Assembly (NCBI GenBank): GCA_030696105.1
Contig: JAUYNJ010000005.1
Location: 77,678-141,677, forward strand
Direction of reading: 5' to 3'
Source of the DNA: a bacterium
Lineage (GTDB): Bacteria; Patescibacteriota; Patescibacteriia; Patescibacteriales; UBA12465
Length of the DNA stretch: 64,000 nucleotides
This document shows positions 10,046 through 18,541 of the stretch, in pieces. The first letter of the stretch is position 1, and each line of letters begins with the position of its first letter. Under the pieces are notes generated by a model, which was not told the origin of the DNA, did no database searches, and saw only the letters and a program-made list of their open reading frames with translations. The translations under genes were made by a program, and so were the position numbers.

Positions 10046-11785
10046 ATGCAAACCAAGAAAAAAAAGCTCAAAGCGACTAAGTCTCAAAAACCAAACCCGA
10101 AGTTTATATTTGTTGTTGGCGGTGTGATGTCTGGTGTCGGTAAGGGGATTAGCACCGCCTCTATCGGACAGATTCTGCAGGCTCAAGGATATAACGTTAC
10201 AGCTATTAAGATGGACCCGTATATTAACGTTGATGCGGGCACAATGAACCCAATTGAACACGGGGAAGTGTTTGTGACAGAGGATGGAGACGAAACCGAT
10301 CAGGACTTAGGTAACTATGAGCGTTTTCTTGGCAAAAATATCTACAGGGAAAATTACATGACGACCGGTCGTATTTATCAGACCGTTATTAATCGTGAAA
10401 GAAACCTTGAGTATAAAGGAAAGTGCGTGCAGGTAGTGCCACATATTCCGATGGAAATACGAGACCGCATTGATAAGGCGGTGTTAAAGAGTAATGCCGA
10501 AATAGTTACTATTGAAATCGGCGGCACCGTCGGTGAGTATGAAAACCTTTTGTTTTTAGAGGCGGCGCGTGTAATGAAATTATATAATCCCAAAGATGTT
10601 TTGTTTGTGATGGTTTCATATTTGCCGGTTCCGAATATGATTGGCGAAATGAAAACAAAGCCAACCCAGCATGCTGTGCGTAATTTAAATAGCGCTGGTA
10701 TTCAACCCGATTTCCTTATTGCGCGTAGTGAGCGACCAATTGATCACGCGCGTAAAGAGAAATTAGCGATTCATTGTAATGTTGCGATTGAAGATGTAAT
10801 CGCCGCTCCTGATGCTGACTCAATATACGACATACCCTTAAATTTTGAGAAAGAGAAAATGAGTGAGCGAATTCTCGCCAAACTCGACTTGCCGCTAAGG
10901 CGCAAGCAAATCGACAACTCGGCTTGGAAAAAGTTTGTCTTTGCCACAAAAAATCCTTTAAAAACTGTGAATATCGGTATCGTCGGCAAGTACTTTACGA
11001 CCGGTGATTTTTCACTGACTGACTCTTATATTTCTGTCATTGAGGCTGTAAAGCATGCTGGCGCTGCTAATCGCTGCAAAGTTAAGCTTCATTGGTTGAA
11101 TGCTGAGGATGTTGAGCGCGAGGGCGTTAAAGTATTAAAAGGACTTGATGGGATTATTATTCCTCAGGGTTGGGGCGGTCGCGGTTCAGAAGGGAAGATT
11201 GCGGCTATTCGTTATTGCCGTGAAAACGATGTTCCATATTTCGGCTTATGTTACGGTATGCAGATGGCGGTGATTGAATTTGCTCGTAACGTGGCCGGAC
11301 TGAAGGGTGCCAACTCGGCTGAAGTAGATTCAAAAACACCACATCCCGTTATTCATATCATGCCAGGACAAGAGAAGTTAATTGCCGAGAAGGGGTATGG
11401 TGGGACTATTCGCTTGGGCGGCTGGCCCTGTTTACTTAAAACCGGCACACGATTGAGTGAAGCCTATGCCAAGTATACGAAGAACAAGGTTGTTTCTGAA
11501 AGACATCGTCATCGTTATGAGTTTAACAATGATTATCGCGAACAACTTGAAGGCCTCGGTTTAACTATTGCCGGAACCTCACCTGATAATAAAATTGTTG
11601 AGGCCATAGAGCTAACTGGTCATCGCTTCTTTGTAGGTGTCCAATTTCACCCAGAATACATTTCCAGACCACTGACGCCACATCCTTTGTTCGCTGCTTT
11701 TGTAAAAGCTTGCACGGAGAAACCGGAGAAGAAGACTAAAATAAAGGCTAAGTCTCCTAAACGTTTAGCTCTAGTTAAAGCCTAA
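10046..11785 (+). CDS. pyrG: CTP synthase
   Basis: GGVMSGVGKG, KTKPTQH, GLCYGMQ, ERHRHRYE, QFHPE. Confidence 0.98.
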   Translation: MQTKKKKLKATKSQKPNPKFIFVVGGVMSGVGKGISTASIGQILQAQGYNVTAIKMDPYINVDAGTMNPIEHGEVFVTEDGDETDQDLGNYERFLGKNIYRENYMTTGRIYQTVINRERNLEYKGKCVQVVPHIPMEIRDRIDKAVLKSNAEIVTIEIGGTVGEYENLLFLEAARVMKLYNPKDVLFVMVSYLPVPNMIGEMKTKPTQHAVRNLNSAGIQPDFLIARSERPIDHARKEKLAIHCNVAIEDVIAAPDADSIYDIPLNFEKEKMSERILAKLDLPLRRKQIDNSAWKKFVFATKNPLKTVNIGIVGKYFTTGDFSLTDSYISVIEAVKHAGAANRCKVKLHWLNAEDVEREGVKVLKGLDGIIIPQGWGGRGSEGKIAAIRYCRENDVPYFGLCYGMQMAVIEFARNVAGLKGANSAEVDSKTPHPVIHIMPGQEKLIAEKGYGGTIRLGGWPCLLKTGTRLSEAYAKYTKNKVVSERHRHRYEFNNDYREQLEGLGLTIAGTSPDNKIVEAIELTGHRFFVGVQFHPEYISRPLTPHPLFAAFVKACTEKPEKKTKIKAKSPKRLALVKA

Positions 11786-11801
11786 ATTAGTTATAATATA
11801 C

Positions 11802-11839
11802 AAAAAAATAACGCCCCTGAGGGCGTTATTTTATTTTTT
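11802..11839. terminator. Bidirectional intrinsic terminator
   Basis: AAAATAACGCCC-CTGA-GGGCGTTATTTT between pyrG and rpmA. Confidence 0.85.
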
Positions 11840-11853
11840 GAGTCAAGTATAGA

Positions 11854-12129
11854 TTATTGGATGACGCTAACTATTTTTGTAGATTTGAGGGTGCCATCAA
11901 ATTTCTTTAGTTTTTTGGTTGTAAATTTAACTTTTCCATTAGCCACTGCAAAGAGCGTGTCGTCGTTACCGCGACTCACATTCTTACCAGGATGGTACTT
12001 GGTTCCGCGTTGGCGGATGATGATGTTGCCGGCTTTCGCGTCTTGACCGTCCGAGAGCTTAACGCCTAGGCGCTTACTTTCTGAATCACGTCCTAACGAG
12101 GTTGAACCGGCGGCCTTCTTATGTGCCAT
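11854..12129 (-). CDS. rpmA: 50S ribosomal protein bL27
   Basis: [30 protein letters not shown]. Confidence 0.98.
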   Translation of the reverse strand: MAHKKAAGSTSLGRDSESKRLGVKLSDGQDAKAGNIIIRQRGTKYHPGKNVSRGNDDTLFAVANGKVKFTTKKLKKFDGTLKSTKIVSVIQ

Positions 12130-12214
12130 ACAGATCGGAGAGGCGGAGGCTTTCCTTTAATAAAAAGAAAACGGCCAGCCGCTTTTTCGTTAATGATTAT
12201 TAATCAGTATTGCT

Positions 12215-12243
12215 AATATAACAAAATAATAATAGCTTGTCAA
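12215..12243 (-). promoter_or_regulatory. sigma70 promoter for rpmA
   Basis: TTGACA-17 nt-TATATT with TG extension. Confidence 0.7.
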
Positions 12244-12395
12244 CCCAAAAATATGGACCTAAGTGATAGGTATTTGAGCTTGAAAAAACGCTGTTATTTT
12301 TTCACAAACGTGTTATAATCAGATTATAAATATATGAAATTTTAGATAAGGAAGGAGCCGCTCCAGCAGGCTGTTTTTCCGCTAATAAAAATAAT

Positions 12396-12566
12396 ATGGT
12401 AAGAGTTGATCAGGATAAATGTATTGGTTGTGGTCTGTGTGTCGGTATGGCGCCTGAGGTCTTCGTGATGAACGCCGATTATAAGTCTGAAGTTATAAAT
12501 ACGGAGTCGACTGATGCTGCCCGTGAAGCGGCGGCGAGTTGTCCCGTAGATGCGATAATTTTATAA
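12396..12566 (+). CDS. Ferredoxin, 56 aa (missed by the ORF track)
   Basis: Translated by hand: MVRVDQDKCIGCGLCVGMAPEVFVMNADYKSEVINTESTDAAREAAASCPVDAIIL; CxxCxxC...CP single-cluster motif. Confidence 0.93.
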   Translation: MVRVDQDKCIGCGLCVGMAPEVFVMNADYKSEVINTESTDAAREAAASCPVDAIIL

Positions 12567-12568
12567 AT

Positions 12569-13045
12569 ATGGCCGTCGAAAATAATTTAGACAAACCAGT
12601 CATCGCCCCCGCTGAAAACAAACAGGAGAAGGGAAATTTTGAGGTGCAAGCTGAAAATAATCCCGAGAAGCAAGAAGCTCCTGCAACTGACAAGAAAGTT
12701 GAGAAACCAAAAATAGGGGCAGCTGTGAGCACAAATACCGCTACTGTCACCGACGGCGACTATCGGCAGCGTCGCGAAGCGGCGGTCGACTCGATCCTTG
12801 CTGATGGCCTTAATGAGGTTTTTTTGAAAATGACACCAGAGGAACAAAGACGCTTCAAAGCTGAGGGTGAAAAGACCGCCAAGGAGATTAATGGCCTACT
12901 TGATAAAGCAAAAGTTGGCGTTAGTAAAGTAATTAGTTTAATTAAACGCTGGCTCGGTTTAATTCCCGGAGTCAATAAATATTTTTTAGAACAAGAAGCA
13001 AAAATAAAAGCCGATAAGATTTTAAAAATTAAGAAGACTTTATAA
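12569..13045 (+). CDS. Hypothetical protein (low-complexity N-terminus, C-terminal IPGVNKYFLEQEAKIKAD)
   Basis: ATG at 12569, 2 nt after the ferredoxin stop; abuts the next ATPase gene. Confidence 0.8.
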   Translation: MAVENNLDKPVIAPAENKQEKGNFEVQAENNPEKQEAPATDKKVEKPKIGAAVSTNTATVTDGDYRQRREAAVDSILADGLNEVFLKMTPEEQRRFKAEGEKTAKEINGLLDKAKVGVSKVISLIKRWLGLIPGVNKYFLEQEAKIKADKILKIKKTL

Positions 13046-13048
13046 ATT

Positions 13049-15625
13049 ATGAGTTCTGATTGGCAAAATATCTTAGAATTTTTGCGTAGTGATTCCGGCG
13101 CTGGAATTGTTGCCCTCTTATTACTATTCGGCGCGATTGCCGCCATGGCAATAATAATTTTTGCTTTCCGTTTTTTTGTACGGCGCTTCGCCATGGATAA
13201 TTCGCATTTTGATCATCAGGTTTTTCTAATCCGTTTACCAAAAGAAAAGCCAAAGGATGAGAATAAAGACACGAGTCTGCAACAAATGCGTGAAGAGATT
13301 GCGGTGGGCGAAACAATATTTTCTAGTATTGGCGGTTTAAAAGCACAACGCGGTTGGATTCCTTGGTTGCTTGGTAGAAATGATCATTTTTCTTTCGAAA
13401 TAGTTGCTAGCAAAGGCAAGATTGCTTTCTATGCGGCAGCTCCGCGTCATCTTTCGCGTTATCTAGAGCAACAAATAACAGCTCATTATCCTGACACTGT
13501 TATTGAAGAGGTCGAAGATTATAATGCCTTCGGCATGAATGGTAAAATTGTCGCGGCGAATATCAGAACTAGAAAAAGCTTTGCCTTGCCCTTACGTACA
13601 TACCAAAAGATGGAAGTTGATCCCTTAAACTCTCTGATTAACATCATGTCGAAGCTCGATGGTGAAGAAAGTATTGCCGTTCAATACGTCGTGCGTAGTG
13701 CCCACGGGTATTGGCATCGTAAAGTGCGTCATATTGTTACGCGTATACAACGTAAGAATTCAGTACGCGATGGGATTCGTACTTCCAGTGTTTTGTGGCG
13801 AATTCTCAGTGTTTTTAGTCAGATTTTTGGATCGATATACGAGTCCGCTGTCAAAGATCAAACACCTGAGACAGTTAAGCGCTTATCGGCCGTTGAAGAG
13901 GAAATTTTAAAATCTATTGAAGAAAAGAATTTACGCGCTGGACTAGATGTAAATATTCGACTTATCGTTACAAGTTCATCGACCGAACGTTCAGCTGCTT
14001 ATTTGGAAAATGTGGCGAGCGTTTTTACTGAATTTAATAATTATAGTTACGGCAATTCTTTTTCTCGCGCGAATAAGTCGAATCAGGAAAGACAAATTAA
14101 TGATTTTATCCATCGTCGCTTTCGCGATGATTTATCATTTTTACTCAACACTGAAGAGTTGACAAGTGTTTTTCATTTGCCTTTAAAACACCTCGAAACG
14201 CCAAATATTATGTGGCTCACAGCTAAGAATGCGCCAGCTCCAGCTGATGTGCCCGCTGAAGGTTTGATGCTTGGTAAGAATGTTTATCGCGGCGTCGATA
14301 AGGATATTCGTATTAAGCGGCAAGACCGTCGTCGTCATACGTATATTATTGGTAAGTCAGGTGTTGGTAAGTCTGTGCTTTTAGCCAACATGGCTATTCA
14401 GGACATTCAAAACGGTGAAGGTGTTTGCGTTCTTGATCCTCATGGTGATTTAATTGAGGATATTCTGCAGCGTATTCCTCCGTCTAGAGCTGAAGATGTT
14501 GTTATTTTTTCACCGGCTGATATGGAGCGCCCACTCGCTTTAAACTTACTTGAGTACGATCCTCGTTATCCGGAGCAAAAAAGTTTTGTCATCAACGAGA
14601 TGATTGGTATTTTTGATAAGCTCTACGACTTAAAGCAGACCGGAGGCCCGATGTTTGAGCAGTATATGCGTAACGCTTTGCTTTTAATTATGGAAGATCC
14701 GGAGAGTGGTTCAACTTTAATGGAAATTCCTAAAGTTTTGTCCGATGAAAATTTCCGACGCTTAAAGCTTTCTCGTTGTAAAAATCGCACGGTTGTTGAT
14801 TTCTGGAAGAAAGAAGCAGAGAAGGCCGGCGGTGACGCTGCTCTTGCTAACATTGTGCCTTACATCACCTCAAAGTTAACCGCCTTCATTTCAAACGACA
14901 TGATGCGCCCAATTATTGGTCAGCAGAAGAGCTCCTTCAATTTCCGTGATTTAATGGATAGACAGAAAATTCTACTTATCGATTTACCAAAAGGTGTGGT
15001 TGGCGAGATGAACGCTTATCTTCTCGGTATGATTGTGGTTGGTAAAATTTTAATGGCCGCTTTGTCACGTACTGATATGCCCGCTGATCAGCGTAAAGAT
15101 TTTTATCTCTATATTGATGAATTTCAAAACTTTACCACTAACTCCATTTGTCAGATTTTATCAGAGGCTCGTAAATATGCCTTAAATTTGGTGATCGCTC
15201 ATCAATATATTGGACAGCTCGTTAAGTCGAATCAATCAAGCGGTTCATCGGAAATTAAAGATGCAGTATTTGGAAACGTCGGCACGATGATAACATTTAA
15301 GATTGGTACCGATGACGCCGAGTTCCTCGTTAAGGAGTTTTCGCCAGTATTTAATGTCTATGATTTATTAAATATTGATAAAGGCACGGCTTATATTAAA
15401 TTACTAGTGGACAATAGTCCGACGCGTCCATTTTCCATGAAAACAATTTGGCCTCTTATTGGCGTTCGTCAGGAAGGTATTTCGCACAAAATTCGTGCTC
15501 TTAGCCGTCTCAAATACGGACAGGATAGATCGGTCGTTGAAGCAGAAATTATCCGCCGCACCGAAACACCAACACCAGCCGCACCGAAGACCTCACCTTT
15601 TATTACCGAAAAACTTGCTGCGTAG
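13049..15625 (+). CDS. Membrane-anchored VirB4/VirD4/HerA-like ATPase (DUF87/TraG-type)
   Basis: N-terminal TM; Walker A GKSGVGKS; DPHGD; Walker B LYIDEFQNF; LSEARKY...AHQY. Confidence 0.88.
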   Translation: MSSDWQNILEFLRSDSGAGIVALLLLFGAIAAMAIIIFAFRFFVRRFAMDNSHFDHQVFLIRLPKEKPKDENKDTSLQQMREEIAVGETIFSSIGGLKAQRGWIPWLLGRNDHFSFEIVASKGKIAFYAAAPRHLSRYLEQQITAHYPDTVIEEVEDYNAFGMNGKIVAANIRTRKSFALPLRTYQKMEVDPLNSLINIMSKLDGEESIAVQYVVRSAHGYWHRKVRHIVTRIQRKNSVRDGIRTSSVLWRILSVFSQIFGSIYESAVKDQTPETVKRLSAVEEEILKSIEEKNLRAGLDVNIRLIVTSSSTERSAAYLENVASVFTEFNNYSYGNSFSRANKSNQERQINDFIHRRFRDDLSFLLNTEELTSVFHLPLKHLETPNIMWLTAKNAPAPADVPAEGLMLGKNVYRGVDKDIRIKRQDRRRHTYIIGKSGVGKSVLLANMAIQDIQNGEGVCVLDPHGDLIEDILQRIPPSRAEDVVIFSPADMERPLALNLLEYDPRYPEQKSFVINEMIGIFDKLYDLKQTGGPMFEQYMRNALLLIMEDPESGSTLMEIPKVLSDENFRRLKLSRCKNRTVVDFWKKEAEKAGGDAALANIVPYITSKLTAFISNDMMRPIIGQQKSSFNFRDLMDRQKILLIDLPKGVVGEMNAYLLGMIVVGKILMAALSRTDMPADQRKDFYLYIDEFQNFTTNSICQILSEARKYALNLVIAHQYIGQLVKSNQSSGSSEIKDAVFGNVGTMITFKIGTDDAEFLVKEFSPVFNVYDLLNIDKGTAYIKLLVDNSPTRPFSMKTIWPLIGVRQEGISHKIRALSRLKYGQDRSVVEAEIIRRTETPTPAAPKTSPFITEKLAA

Positions 15626-15650
15626 TTTTAATTCAATTAATGACCTACAT

Positions 15651-17258
15651 ATGCCCACCCTATACCGTGATTATCGCCCTCAGAAGTTCGCCGACATTCT
15701 CGGACAGAATCATCTGAAAATTACTCTGCAAAATGAACTTGCATCTCAAACCCTGGGACAGGCCTATCTTTTTTGCGGCCCAAGAGCGGTGGGGAAGACT
15801 TCAATGGCGAGAGTGTTAGCGCAGACAGTTAACTGCGAGCGTCGCAAAGAAGGCGAGTCGGAGCCCTGTGGTGAGTGTGCAAGTTGTGAAAGTATTCGTA
15901 AGGGTAATTTCTTAGATGTTATGGAAATTGACGCGGCTTCTAATACCGGCGTCGATAATGTACGTGATAATATTATTTCTTCGGCTCGACTTTCACCCTC
16001 AAGCGGCAAGATGAAAGTTTTCATCATCGATGAAGTTCACATGTTGTCTATTTCTGCTTTTAACGCCTTACTCAAAATTATTGAAGAGCCGCCACGTCAC
16101 ATTTTATTCATCCTGTGCACTACTGAAGCACATAAGGTCCCCGACACTATTATTTCGCGTTGTCAGCGTTTTGATTTTAAACGAATCAGCCCTGCCGAAA
16201 TCGTTAAAAAACTGGCTCGCATTGCTAGTGAAGAAAAAGTTGAAGTTAGTCGTGAAGTATTAGAAGATGTTGCTCGTCAATCAGGCGGGCACTTGCGCGA
16301 TGCTGAAAGTTTATTTGGTCAGGTGTTAGCTCTTGGTGGAGATAAGATTGGCGTCGAAGAAGCTGAGCTTGTATTACCAAGACATCATCATCAAGATGCT
16401 TTATTGCTAATTGAATTAATTCTAAAAAAAGATGCTGGCGGTGCAGTCGCCCTCGTTAATCGCTTAGCAGATGGTGGCGTGAATTTCAAAAGCTTTATAG
16501 AAGAAACTTTAATGATGCTACGAAAAATAATGATTCAGTCTGCCCAGCCTGGTCTAGCTGAAAAGCTCGGACTTGATTTTGGCGAACAACTAGAACTAAG
16601 AGTCGGTGCTCTAGCCACCCAGATGCCTCTACCAGTATGTTTACGCGCCTTACGCCGTTTTCTAGACTTAGCTCAAGAACGCGCCTCCTCTATTCCTCAG
16701 CTTCCTTTAGAGATTGCAGTGGTTGAGTTGTGTCTGTCCGCTGAGCAGACAGTCACAACTCCTACTTCGACTATTAACACTGCTGCTCGTCCTGCTACTG
16801 CTCCTGTGGCCAATAAGAAGGAAGCGCCTAAAACTGAGAAGTCCGGCGCTATGGCGGCCGACTTAAGCGAAGAAGAAGTCATGGCACGTTGGCCTGAAGT
16901 CTTACTGAAGATTAAAAAATACAATCACTCCTTATCATTTGTTTTACAAAATTGTTTGCCGCAAGCGGTGCGTTCGGGCACAATCGCCCTGCGCTTTAAA
17001 TATAAGTTTCATCGCGATCGCATTCTAGATTCTTCAGTGCGCGGTATTATGGAGTCAATTCTCGCTGAAGTGTTCGAGGGGCAGGTGGAGATCGAAGCTA
17101 TCCTCGACGAAAATATAGAGCTTGATTCTCGTCCTGTCGCCTCCTCTTCCGCTTTGCCGCTAACTGCAGAGTCATCGCCGCCCCCAGTACCGGATAAGCC
17201 AGTTGATGGGGTGCTCGGAAGTTTGTTACAGAGTTTTGGCGGGGAAGCAGTATCTTAA
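15651..17258 (+). CDS. dnaX: DNA polymerase III subunit gamma/tau
   Basis: MPTLYRDYRPQKF start at 15651; GPRAVGKTS; Zn Cys motif; EIDAASN; IIDEVHMLS; SRCQ. Confidence 0.96.
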   Translation: MPTLYRDYRPQKFADILGQNHLKITLQNELASQTLGQAYLFCGPRAVGKTSMARVLAQTVNCERRKEGESEPCGECASCESIRKGNFLDVMEIDAASNTGVDNVRDNIISSARLSPSSGKMKVFIIDEVHMLSISAFNALLKIIEEPPRHILFILCTTEAHKVPDTIISRCQRFDFKRISPAEIVKKLARIASEEKVEVSREVLEDVARQSGGHLRDAESLFGQVLALGGDKIGVEEAELVLPRHHHQDALLLIELILKKDAGGAVALVNRLADGGVNFKSFIEETLMMLRKIMIQSAQPGLAEKLGLDFGEQLELRVGALATQMPLPVCLRALRRFLDLAQERASSIPQLPLEIAVVELCLSAEQTVTTPTSTINTAARPATAPVANKKEAPKTEKSGAMAADLSEEEVMARWPEVLLKIKKYNHSLSFVLQNCLPQAVRSGTIALRFKYKFHRDRILDSSVRGIMESILAEVFEGQVEIEAILDENIELDSRPVASSSALPLTAESSPPPVPDKPVDGVLGSLLQSFGGEAVS

Positions 17259-17276
17259 TCTTAAAATTTAAATAAT

Positions 17277-18539
17277 ATGTTGGACATCAAATACATCCGT
17301 GATAATCAAGAAGCTGTCGTCGCTGCATTGTCTAAGCGAATGGATAAAAAAAATATTGGTCTGAAAGAGCTCTTAGGACTCGATGATTCTCGTCGCAATC
17401 TTATTAAAGAAGTCGAGGCTTTAAAGGCGGAGCGTAATCAAAGCTCAAAAACTAAACCGAGCCCCGAAACTATTGCGGCCATGAAAACTGTGGGCGAACA
17501 AATTAAGGCACTTGAGGAAGACCTAAACAAGCTAAAAGACGAAATTCAAGATAAAATATCGGCTTTACCTAATTTGCCGGCAGACGATGTTGTGGCTGGC
17601 GGTAAAGAAAATAACGAAGTAATTTATACATATGGCGAGAAGCCGAATCAAAAATTTGAAACTAAGGACCACGTTGCCTTAGCGGAGAGTCTAGGTGTTA
17701 TTGATTATGTGCGGGCCGCGAAAATGTCAGGTGCCGGTTTTTGGTGTTATCGCGGAATGGGCGCATTGTTAGAGTGGGCTCTTATTTCATACTTCATAGC
17801 TTATCACAATAAAAATGGCTATCAGTTTTTAATTCCTCCTTTTCTGCTATCTGAAAAATCAGCCTATACCTCTGGTCATTTACCTAAATTTCGAGATGAA
17901 CTTTTCTGGACACAGGATAAGCTCTGTTTAAATGCCACGAGTGAAATGATGCTTGGTAATTATCATCGTGAAGAAATTTTGCCGACGGAACGTTTACCAT
18001 TAAAATATTTTGCTTACTCACCTTGTTTCCGTCGTGAAGCCGGCAGTTATCGCCAAGAAGAAAGAGGAATGGTTAGGGGTCATCAGTTTAATAAAGTTGA
18101 AATGTTTATTTTCTGTAAAGCGGAAGACTCTTGGGCGATGTTTGATGAGCTTGTTGAAAATGCCAAGGGCTTAGTTGAAGGTCTCGGTTTACATTATCAG
18201 GTGTCTAAACTTGCAGCCGGTGATTGCAGTGCTGCTATGGCTAAGACCTATGATTTAGAAATTTGGTTGCCAAGCATGGGTATTTACAAAGAAGTAAGTA
18301 GTATTTCGAATGCACTTGATTATCAAGCACGTCGTGGTCAAACTCGCTACAAGAATGAAAGTGGCGAGAATGTTTTTGTGCACACGCTTAATGCATCAGG
18401 TTTAGCGACTAGTCGCCTATTGCCAGCTATTCTCGAGCAAAACCAGCAGGAGGATGGTTCCGTGCGTATACCTGACGCTTTACGTCCGTTCATCCCTGGC
18501 GCGCCGGAGTTTATTTATCCTGATAATAATAAAATTTAA
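17277..18539 (+). CDS. serS: Serine--tRNA ligase
   Basis: MLDIKYIR, FRREAGS, HQFNKVE, HTLNASGLA. Confidence 0.97.
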   Translation: MLDIKYIRDNQEAVVAALSKRMDKKNIGLKELLGLDDSRRNLIKEVEALKAERNQSSKTKPSPETIAAMKTVGEQIKALEEDLNKLKDEIQDKISALPNLPADDVVAGGKENNEVIYTYGEKPNQKFETKDHVALAESLGVIDYVRAAKMSGAGFWCYRGMGALLEWALISYFIAYHNKNGYQFLIPPFLLSEKSAYTSGHLPKFRDELFWTQDKLCLNATSEMMLGNYHREEILPTERLPLKYFAYSPCFRREAGSYRQEERGMVRGHQFNKVEMFIFCKAEDSWAMFDELVENAKGLVEGLGLHYQVSKLAAGDCSAAMAKTYDLEIWLPSMGIYKEVSSISNALDYQARRGQTRYKNESGENVFVHTLNASGLATSRLLPAILEQNQQEDGSVRIPDALRPFIPGAPEFIYPDNNKI

Positions 18540-18541
18540 CC

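Noticed and set aside
12350..12380. GGAAGGAGCC...CAGC hairpin as SRP (4.5S) RNA
   Set aside because: Lacks the CAGG..GNRA..AGCA domain IV arrangement and is too short
15459..15650. N-terminal extensions given by the ORF track for dnaX (also iscU, alr, corA and the ORFs starting at 12539, 34327 and 56752)
   Set aside because: They overlap upstream genes or promoters; downstream ATGs match the family N-termini
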